Origin: Trichosphaerium sp. ATCC 40318
Taxonomy: Eukaryota > Protista > Tubulinea
Reading direction: 5' to 3'
DNA length: 35,530 nucleotides
Assembly: GCA_038496445.1 (NCBI GenBank)
Contig: JALMLS010000498.1
Span: 1-35,530, forward strand
Shown here: positions 23,864-33,194 of the stretch, in pieces
Layout of the letters: the number at the start of each line of letters is the position of its first letter
Position numbering within the stretch: the first letter of the stretch is position 1
Notes under the pieces: model-generated
What the model saw: the letters and a program-made list of their open reading frames with translations, nothing else
Databases searched by the model: none
Told to the model about the DNA's origin: nothing
Program-made: the position numbers and the translations under genes

Positions 23864-25258
23864 TCATTGGTAATAAAGTTTATGAACACCAGCTAATGCT
23901 TTAACACCTTCATCTGTTATTTGTCTACAATGAGATATATTAATTGTATGGATGCCCGCTAAAGCTTTAACACCTTCATCTGTTATTTGATCACAACGTA
24001 TAAGCACAATTTTATGTACGCCTGCTAAAGCTTTAACACCTTCATCTGTTACTTTTTCACAATGAATAAGTGTAATTGTGTGGACCTTTGCTAAGGATTT
24101 AACACCTTCATCTGTTATTTGGTAGCAACTTTGAAGCCAAACTGTATGGACGCCTGCTAAGGCTTTGACACCTTCATCTGTTACTTGTTTACAGTACGAT
24201 AGCCAAATTGTATGAACTCCAGCTAATGCTTTGACACCCTCATTTGTTAGTCGGTAAGAGTGTATAGTAATTTTATGGACGCCTGCTAAAGCTTTAACAC
24301 TTTCATCTGTTACTTGTTCACAATCAATAAGTACAATTTTATAGGCGCTTGCTAAGGCTTTAACACCATCATCTGTAACTCGACAACAACTTAGCAGCCA
24401 AATCGTATGAACTCCAGCTAACGCTTTAACACCCTTATCTGTTACTTGTTTACAATAAGATATATCAATTTCATGGACGCCTGCTAAAGCTTTGACACCT
24501 TTATCTGTTATTTGATAACAGTAAGATATATCAATTGTGTGGACTCCTGCTAGAGCTTTGATACCATAATCTGTTAACTGGGCACAATGTATAAGCTTAA
24601 TTGTATGAACGCCAGCTAATGCTTTAACACCTTCATCTGTTATTTGTTTACAATGAGATATATCAATTGTATGGACTCCCGCTAATGCTTTGATACCATC
24701 ATCTGTTACTTGATCACAATGGTTGAGTGTAATTGTATGAACTCCTGCTAATGCTTTAACACCAATATCTGTAACGTTCATGATAAATGGATTATTAGCA
24801 CTAATGGATATTGTCCTTATTCCAGCAAGCTGCTTAACAATCTCATCATTCACATCGGCATTCATACTACGATAGAACCACCCATTCTCATATGAAGTAA
24901 AGCTAATACTGTTGATGACTTTGAAGCCCCTAAAGTCAATATTCTTGCGCAACTTGGACAGTATGAGAGCATAAGCACCATGTAGGTACTTCAAGTCTTC
25001 TTGGTTGATACGAAACTTAATATCAATCGTACTTGTGCTGATTAAACGTCTAAATCTCTGAAACAGTGTTATAAGCCTTCTTCTAGAGTTAATAACTATT
25101 TTTCTGCCAGTTGCGTATCCGAAATGCTTTACAGCGATGTTGGACAATAAATGTGATGTTCGCGCAATTGAATGCATACAGAACGCAGGAACAAACTGTA
25201 GAATATTAACTAATATTTCAACCAGCATTATATCAAAGAATGCGCTGTTTGAGTTCAT
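23864..25258 (-). CDS. F-box + LRR protein (14 'VTDEGVKALAGVHTI' repeats), intronless, 464 aa
   Basis: Degenerate F-box FFDIMLVEILVNILQFV...IARTSHLL followed by 14 tandem 21-22 aa repeats in an uninterrupted ORF. Confidence 0.92.
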   Translation of the reverse strand: MNSNSAFFDIMLVEILVNILQFVPAFCMHSIARTSHLLSNIAVKHFGYATGRKIVINSRRRLITLFQRFRRLISTSTIDIKFRINQEDLKYLHGAYALILSKLRKNIDFRGFKVINSISFTSYENGWFYRSMNADVNDEIVKQLAGIRTISISANNPFIMNVTDIGVKALAGVHTITLNHCDQVTDDGIKALAGVHTIDISHCKQITDEGVKALAGVHTIKLIHCAQLTDYGIKALAGVHTIDISYCYQITDKGVKALAGVHEIDISYCKQVTDKGVKALAGVHTIWLLSCCRVTDDGVKALASAYKIVLIDCEQVTDESVKALAGVHKITIHSYRLTNEGVKALAGVHTIWLSYCKQVTDEGVKALAGVHTVWLQSCYQITDEGVKSLAKVHTITLIHCEKVTDEGVKALAGVHKIVLIRCDQITDEGVKALAGIHTINISHCRQITDEGVKALAGVHKLYYQ

Positions 25259-26094
25259 GCTTTTGTGTAGCTGTGTATGGTGTTGAGGTGTAATGAAGAT
25301 ATCTTTTTATTCAGATGTACATAGACTTCAATTGAATTCTTCTAGGGCTAATCGATAAACACGTGATTATTGAAACATTCGTTCATCATTTCTTTCGCCA
25401 TTCCATTGCAAGCACAACCGGTAAGTAGTAGACACGTGAATCCACGTATCTTCATGATGTGTTACACTTTTCTTCATTGTGCTGCTTTGTTGTTTTGCGC
25501 TTGTATCGTACTAAGGATTGTAGTATGATGTATGAACTAGAGCTTCATAGGATAGGTTCAAGTATTAAAAGCTTTCCTTGAACTATTCTTCCAAGGTATC
25601 GTCGCTTGCAAGCCCATATAGTAATTTAAGTATCCTTGTAAGTTGCCAGCTTGTCAACGGTTCAAACTAGTTGCTATCAAGAAGCTCGTTTTACTAATAG
25701 AACTGGTGAGATTATCTTGTTTTTTTCGTAGATTTGAGGTTATGGAAGTAAAATGTGAGCGTTTTCAGCTTGAGGTGTTTTGTAATGTAAAATTGTAGAT
25801 TATGTGGAGGACTGTTTATTTGTACTACACATGATAAGCCTGAAAACTTGCAACTTTCACTTCGGTTAATAAAAACGTTTTCTAGTTTTTGTTCAAGAGC
25901 CCGAAAAGACTAAAGCCATTCTTGTCCTGCTGTACCACTAGTAGACAATAGAACAAATCTTGGTGCAATTCAACCCTTGATTGAGCTTCTCAGAGCCAAT
26001 ACAAAAAAGGTATCTCGTAAACTATTTCATTGATCATTTTTTTTGAAGAAAAAGTCTGTTGTTCCATTTTAGCACAAAAAAACGTTACACAACT

Positions 26095-27234
26095 ATGTCT
26101 ACAACATTTCAACCTTCAAATCAGAAACCTACGGCTGTCCAGTTAAGTAATACCAAGCCTGGTCTTCGTAATGTTGTTTCTGGCCTTAAAGAGTATTTAA
26201 AAGGCAACACAGACGCTAAGAAGATCTCCAGGAACCCTCTTGATCACCTGTCGGGTAACACAAGCGATAAACCGCTCAAAGAAGTATTGCAATGCTCAGA
26301 AGACCCGAAAAACCCTTCCGCAAGGGGTATGAACACTAACGGCTTCGTTGATTCCGTTATCGCTGCGTATTGCTATCACCACAATATTATTCTGCGGCCA
26401 GACGACTTCTGGACTGCTATACTCGCGCAGTTCAGCCTCTATGTCAACAACAACTCCCAAAAGCTTCGAAATAAGTTTGTATCTCATTCAGGAAAGAAGA
26501 AACTCGTTGTCAAAGGCGGTGGCACACTCCGAACAGCAGATTACGCCGGTTTAGCCCAACGAATGACGGTAGAGATTAACAAGAACCTGAAAGACGATCA
26601 AATACGGTCTTGGATTATTCAAGACTTTACGACAACGACAACGACAGATAAGGTCGTCTCGTCAGTTCTATTAATGTCAAGCATGCAAAAATACTTTTCG
26701 TTTGAATTCTGCCTCATGTGTAGCATTCCAAACGTCACTCTTCTCGGGACACCTGAGGACTACATCAAGCTACGTAAAAAGATTGATAAACTCGTTGAAT
26801 TCGAAGTTTCTGGTAAGAAAATGATGAAAAAGTGGCACGCACATTTATCTCCTATTTTGGATGAGCTAATCTCGGCTTCTTCCGGAAAACCAAATCTCGA
26901 CTTCTGGGGAAAGATATGCGATCAGCATTCCGGTGGTAGTGGTCCTTCATACCTGAGTGGATGGATAACATCGTTCTGCGCCTTTGATGGTGATGGTGTA
27001 TGGAGAGGAGATAGGTGTAGTGCAGAGAGGTTTAGTACTACTATTAAGTCCAAGTGGCCTGTAATCGACTTATCAAAAATATCACCTGGTTATTGTACAG
27101 TACCTGTTATAGTTAATGATGACGGTACAAAGTATGAAACTGTAATGTTTGCGGGTAGTTTTGCTGTTAATATTGTTGATAATGGTATGACTATTAAGCC
27201 ACGGTGTGACTGGGCTTTGGCACTCAAAAAATAA
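26095..27234 (+). CDS. DUF4419 family protein, intronless
   Basis: NGFV..VIAAY..HH.IILRPDDFW.AIL.QFS.YVN, FVSHSGKKKLVV, FTTTTTTD, C.IP.VTLLG, SGPSYLSGWIT motifs. First ATG at 26095 (the track start is TTG). Confidence 0.88.
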   Translation: MSTTFQPSNQKPTAVQLSNTKPGLRNVVSGLKEYLKGNTDAKKISRNPLDHLSGNTSDKPLKEVLQCSEDPKNPSARGMNTNGFVDSVIAAYCYHHNIILRPDDFWTAILAQFSLYVNNNSQKLRNKFVSHSGKKKLVVKGGGTLRTADYAGLAQRMTVEINKNLKDDQIRSWIIQDFTTTTTTDKVVSSVLLMSSMQKYFSFEFCLMCSIPNVTLLGTPEDYIKLRKKIDKLVEFEVSGKKMMKKWHAHLSPILDELISASSGKPNLDFWGKICDQHSGGSGPSYLSGWITSFCAFDGDGVWRGDRCSAERFSTTIKSKWPVIDLSKISPGYCTVPVIVNDDGTKYETVMFAGSFAVNIVDNGMTIKPRCDWALALKK

Positions 27235-27554
27235 CTCTAGAAGCTGATTGACTCTCATTTGTGCTTTTTTTATTAGATCGAAAATAAAAATATCTTTGGT
27301 AACTTTGCTTCTTTCTGCTGCTGTCTAGTATGCTCCTGTAAACTTATTGTTGATGTCACTTACTAAGTCACTATCAATAAAGGGACAACTAACTAGGAAT
27401 GAAAGAGTTTATTTCAAGGCAATACTTGCTAACATACTAAGAACAATTATATTTTAGTGCTATTGTCAAGGTTGGCACCCCTTGATTGAAAATGGTATAT
27501 CACAAGTTATTCCACGCTTTGAAGCCAAAGTTACACTGTAGCAATAAGTCTAGC

Positions 27555-29542
27555 TCAATACATTGTACAACCATTGAAAAGTTGTACACATGGAAGTTTA
27601 TCTAATATGTCTGCAGTGACAGTAGTCTTTGTAATACAAAGCTTACGCAGGCCACCAGCAATTGCTAGAATTCCCTTTTCTGTAATCTTAGCACAACCAT
27701 ATAGATCAAGTGTATGAACACCAGACAGAGCTTGTAGGTCCTCGTCTGTAATATCTGTATGTTCTAAGGAGATTGTATGAACACCTCTGAGTGCTGATAT
27801 ACCAGTAACAATAGGGCATTCAGATAAATCAATAGTGTGTACACCAGCCAAAGCATTAAGAGTTTTACCTGTTATTTTTGTATTAGAAAGACCAATTGAA
27901 TGAACTCCTTTGAGTGCACGAATGCCATCATCTGTTATATTTGTGGCACTCAGGATAATAGTGTGAACACCTCCAAGCGCTTTTATGCCTTCATCTGTTA
28001 CTTGAGTTTCGGTCAGATCAATTGTATGGACACCTTTAAGCATTTTAATGCCTTTATCCGTTACATTAAGACTCATCAGGTTAATAGTGTGAACACCAGA
28101 AAGCGATTTCATACTTTTGTCTGATATGTTTCGACAACCATCAAGAGCAATGGTGTGTACACCTTTTAGTTCTTCTATACCTTCATCTGTCACATAACTA
28201 CCTTCAAGGTTAATTGTATGAACACCTTGAAGGGCATTAACATCGGTGACTTCGGTGTAACTAAGATTAATGCTATGTACACCCTTTAGGTAGGCAATGC
28301 CTTGGTCTGTCACTTTAGTTTGCGAAAGATTAATTGTATGAACACCAGCAAGAGCTTTGATACCGTAATCTGTTATTTGCGTACAACGTAGGAGGTCGAT
28401 GGTATGTACACCCTTTAGGTAAGCAATGCCTTGGTCTGTCACTTTAGTTTGCGAAAGATTAATTGTATGAACACCAGATAAATGAATAAAGTCTTTGTCC
28501 TGTAAATCATAAGGAAAGACAAGTTTCTTGCATCCTGACAACCAATGTGTTATATCGTTGTACATGGCATCAACCTTTATGAGGGTATTTGACATTACAC
28601 CTAGAAATAGGTAAATATCCAAGCTACTATTTGAATACATGTCATTGCAAGCCAAAAAATGTACCTTTATAGTGACGGATAGTAAGTGCATCATGTGGTT
28701 TAACTGTTGCAGAGACATAACCAATGACGTCATGTATAATATCTGCGAATGATCTACATGTCTGTGCAGCGATGTACCTTGCTTTTGACGTGTATTGTAG
28801 AATCAAGCACATAATCTCCGGTGGTAGATCTAATAAACATGTTCTGGTTGCTTTAGGCCTAATCAAAGGTCAGTACGTACACAAGGATGTTCACACTTTG
28901 AGGGTGTTAATACTGGCACAAATGCGAGTAATACACTGGATAGGGTGTACAAAGTAGCGGACCCACGTTTTTTCCGAATTTTTCGAAAGAAAAAATTCGA
29001 AAAAATAGAATTCGATACAAAAACTGAATGCCTATACCACCAATGGATCACTATATGTGAGCGAAGGTCGGGTTCTAGTTCCGAGCACAGCGAGGACCCG
29101 ACCGTAAGTGAACCAGGCGCTTTCTAGTTAAGTGGACTGCCCTAGCTATGCATCTTTCTGCATCTTTCTACACTTTCGAATTTTTGTTTTCGGAAAATTC
29201 GGAAACAACTATGGCCCCCAAAGTAGTGCAGCAGGGATAAGTTGATACGTACTGCGTGCGTAAGAGTTTTTTATGTCGTCCTTCAAGCGCTGTTGAGTCC
29301 TCGTAATTGGTAGCGCAAGGAAGCGCTTTAGCAAAGTTTATAAGTACTGTGTCTAACTTGCACTTCATTTGTGCTTCTGCCGATACAAGAACACTATTAA
29401 TCGCTGCAGTGACATCCCTATCAAACATTTCGCGTTGTATTGGCGTTTCTCTTGATTTTACGTTTTGAAAGACGGTATTATGCTTTTGGAGATAGTAGTC
29501 ATATGCTGCACGTAAATTTATTGGAAATGGAGGTCTTTCCAT
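27555..29542 (-). CDS. F-box + LRR protein with N-terminal extension, 4 exons, about 522 aa
   Basis: Exons 29542-29253, 28935-28897, 28858-28665 and 28600-27555 join in frame through GT-AG introns of 317, 38 and 64 nt (1569 nt total). F-box LLDLPPEIMCLILQY...AAQTCRSF; GVHTINL repeats. The model unites four separate track ORFs. Exons 3-4 are more certain than exons 1-2. Confidence 0.82.
28274..28477. repeat. Recent internal duplication within the LRR array (75 bp, two copies 129 bp apart)
   Basis: 28274-28348 and 28403-28477 match at 74/75 nt, encoding GVHTINLSQTKVTDQGIAYLKGVH twice. Confidence 0.9.
28959..29218. mobile_element. Non-autonomous TIR element (MITE-like), copy 2, inverted relative to copy 1, with 8-9 bp target-site duplication
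   Basis: Flanked by CAAAGTAG(C) at 28950 and CAAAGTAG(T) at 29219. One TIR is partly replaced by a GCATCTTTCT tandem duplication. Lies in intron 1 of the LRR gene. Confidence 0.9.
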
Positions 29543-29889
29543 TGCTGTTTGATCTTGAAAAAGTTTCAGAGTAAGATGGAGTCAATCGAAATCAAAATTG
29601 AACGGAAGAAAAAAAAATTACTGACTAACACTTTTTGTTGCTACAATGAGCGTGGCATGTACTTTCTCATCTCCTACTTAAAGTTGTGATGGTCCTTAAA
29701 TACATGAGTCGATACTGCTAAACTGGTTACTGTTCAGCTGCATTACAAGCGTAGAGTCTGAAATGGGTTCAGAATTTTAAAGTATTTATTGCCCAGCTTA
29801 TTGTAGTATCCCGTTTTAGTAAATTATACATACACATGTTGAATGTTTGACACCATGACACTCTCATTCTTTTTGCCTCGCTCCAAAGT

Positions 29890-30523
29890 TTAAGCGCATA
29901 TGTCATAAATATAGTTGGATGTCATAAAAATGCTCGCTAAAAACATTGCTACCAAGAGTTTTAGATTAAACCAAGATAGTACTTTAGTTTTTTCTTTGTT
30001 TTGCTTACCTCTGAAAGGAACAGAGAAGAAATAACGCTTAGCGATTAGAGTGAACACAAAGCTTAGTCCTACGATCACAGGAGATATAAATGGATCAGAA
30101 ATAACACCCTTGTTTTGCAAAGAAGACAAGTATATTGACCCGACACCAGACAATACCTAACGCAATTAGAAAGGACAAAACTTTTTCAATCAATCAATGT
30201 CCCAATCACGTGATAGCAAGTTAAGTATAAAAAAAAATTGACATACAAGGCTTATAGAGTGCATGTAATTGAACCCAAGGAAGCCATGGTAAGCTGATTT
30301 CTCAAAACTCTTAGTGTTTTTCAATGTATCTTCTAGTGCTTTGTTTTTAGTAAAGAATTTTGGTCCTAGGCTAAACTCATCGCGAAATGTCAACCAACCG
30401 TGCCTAGTATAACGGTTTTTTTAGTATTTACGATAGTTTAGAGCGTTTAAGACCGTACATGCAACCCAAGAACGTATGAATAACACCACCTGCTATGTAG
30501 CCAATGTTACCTGGTAGATCCAT
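29890..30523 (-). CDS. Small integral membrane protein resembling the bacterial LIC_13387-like family, 3-4 exons
   Basis: Spliced MDLPGNIGYIAGGVIHTFLGC|MHGWLTF...FLGFNYMHSISL|VLSGVGSIYLS...LIAKRYFFSVPFR. Family resemblance (GFNxxHS, KRYxFSxPFR) is from memory. Confidence 0.7.
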
Positions 30524-30774
30524 CTCTAATTATGCTAACAACCGACCGTTTTTAATTTAGAAAAAGTCAATTTCGAGTCTTGTGGTGTGGAACAATACAA
30601 CGGACCGTTTATTTTATGTACTACAGTTGCAAAATTTATGCGTGGACAATAAAATTAGGGAGTGTATAACTTTCAGTTCATTGCCAGTTGAATTAAACGA
30701 CTTTTGTTGCCAAATATTCAAAAAAATTGTAATTTCCCTCAAATCCCACAGACCTTCAACTATTAAACAACCGC

Positions 30775-32807
30775 ATGTCTAAAATACAATCCGCTGGCGA
30801 TCTTTTTGCTGCTGCAAATGCTTCATTCGTAGACGAAGACTATGAAGATGCTTTACAACAATATACCGAAGCAATCGAATTAGATGAAAAAATCTCTGAC
30901 TACTACGTTAAGAGATCGTTTTGCCATTATAAACTGAAAAACTTCGCAAGTACGTGACCATCGTACCTAGAATTGTTCTAAATACATTATAGAAGCAATT
31001 GCTGATGCCAACCAAGCATTAACCCTTGATAAAGGAAACTCTAAAGCTTATTTGCGGAAAGGGTACGCAAACACGCCTAGCCGTTGGCGTTAGATCACAT
31101 TTTTGTACAACGAATCATCGCTAAACGAATCGTTGATAATCGTTCTTCAACACCTAACGTTGTTTTAGTATTGCACTCTTCGCTGAAGATGAGTACGAGA
31201 GCGCATTAGCAGCTTTCAATAAGGTAATTCAGCAAAATGGATCTGGCTTTTGTTCAAATAAGACTTGTAGAGCTTGCATTAACTCATTCAATAGGGATCA
31301 GAGCTTGATGCAGCTAACAGACAATTCAAAAAATGGATCAGGAAATGCAAGGCAGAAATCGCTGGTACGTTTTTGTTATAACGTTGTTTCGACCAGGAAT
31401 TGACGCTGTGCCCCACAGCCACAGTGTCGCATACGAAAACTTTCAAAAAGAAGATTTAATACTTTTTTTTGACTTCTCGTTCTGACTGTGATTTAGAGGA
31501 CGAAGATGACCTTGATCTCCAAACTCCTGCTCCTACTCAAACAACACAACCTGAAAAACCTGTTAAAGAAGAAGCAGCAGCGTTCCCAGATGATATGCCT
31601 GGTACTGACGCGTGTTTTTAATTTATCTTGGCTTTTTGCATTTATTGTTGTAAAAAGTCTGAAGCCCACCTGTCAATCGCTTCTACAACTTTCTGACGTT
31701 CTATTCAAGGTTTAGAACCAGATCCAGCCACAAAAGCAACAGAACCTGCTGATACACCAATGCCAGACGCTCCAGCTAAAAAGAAACGACCTCCACTCTT
31801 CAGACACGACTGGTACGGTTTTGTAGATCTGTTTACTCATATTTCGGCGGTTATGTTCAATCTGACCTTTTTTGCCTAGGTTTCAGACAACTCAGAAAAT
31901 TACAGTTTCAGTATTTGCTAAGAATCAAAAAAAAGAGGATGTCAAAGTTGACATACAAAAAGGAGAACTTAGCGTCTGTATAAAGCTTCTTGAAGGTAAA
32001 GAGTTCATCCTAGACTTGGAGCTTTGTGATGAAGTAGTACCAGCAGAGAGCAAGGTAACATACGGTTTATTGATAAGCTTCTTTTGGAAACTTGTAAAAA
32101 AAAATTCAATTAGTTTTATTTCGTCAACCGCCGACTATATCTGACTGCTACTAATCTCAACCTTTAGTTCGTCGTACTCTCATCCAAAATTGAGATTTCA
32201 TTGAAGAAAGCGACACCAAACCAATGGCCTACCTTGGAGAATACTGGACAATCAGCACGTGAGTGGGCCACTGTCTCCGACCCAAAGAATAAACCGAAGA
32301 GAAAGGATTGGGATAAAATCGCAGAAGATGTACGCGTTTTAAGAAAAAGGAAAAAAATCTAACAACCCATTAATATTGTTTATTAGCTCTATGAAGAGGA
32401 TAACACCGATGGAGACCATAAATTAAACAAGGTACACTATTTTTGAAGTATTTAAAAGTCGAATTAGAGCGTAGAAAGACCAAAAATATTCTATTTTCGC
32501 ATAGAAGGAAATTGAGTCTTCTTTGTGTTTTGTTCTAAGTTTTGCGTCTACGCCAAAACCTTTTTGTTTCATTTTTCGCATTGATAGCACTGTATCGGCT
32601 TGCTCAAAATACAAACAGCGCCTTAAGGTATTCCGAGACATATTTGCGGGTGCCACTGATGACCAAAGACGTGCTATGCAGAAGTCTTTTCAAGAGTCTG
32701 GTGGTACAGTTCTCTCAACCAACTGGGACGAAATCTCCAAGAAAAAAACCGAAGTTACACCTCCAGATGGCCTAGAAGTAAAGAAATGGTCCGATCTGAC
32801 CAACTAG
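30775..32807 (+). CDS. SUGT1: SGT1 co-chaperone (TPR + CS + SGS domains), multi-exon
   Basis: N-terminal TPRs; FRHDWFQT...VSVFAKN CS domain; KDWDKI; RRAMQKSFQESGGTVLSTNW...PPDGLEVKKW SGS signature. Confidence 0.96.
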
Positions 32808-33194
32808 ATGAGGATTTAAGAATTCCTTTATCGAGTAACACCTTAATGCGCTTTCCTTTTTTGTGCTCTTTAGAGTGTTTATAATAAAATATCAACACAC
32901 CACAACAGTTTGTACACGCCCAAACACTAATTAATATTTCAGAAAATACCGAGTCTGGACTTGCTACGATGGAGTTTTCTCCGTTTCTGCGTCCAACCAC
33001 CGGGGTTTACCATGTTAAAGCCTTAATATGTGCTGTAGCTACGTTTTAGGAGTAAAAATTGACTACCTCCCGTTTTAGTTTTCAAAACAAGCCAGATATT
33101 CAGTAGAAGGCAACTAAAGCACTCATATTCTTTTTTTTTGTCATTTGAACGGCGTTGGAGAGAGTTTGACTGTCTTGACTAAATTTTTCGCCTT

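Noticed and set aside
23880-24780. Regular ~66-bp repeat/variable pattern resembling a CRISPR array
   Set aside because: Units are in-frame codons of an LRR ORF with synonymous variation; eukaryotic context and no cas genes.
28601-28664. Apparent frameshift/pseudogene between the F-box ORF and the LRR ORF
   Set aside because: A 64-nt GT-AG intron restores the frame (HYK-G-VMSN).
22700-29600. Endogenous giant virus or Polinton as an annotated feature
   Set aside because: No capsid, polymerase, packaging ATPase or integrase gene; kept only as a hypothesis about gene origin.
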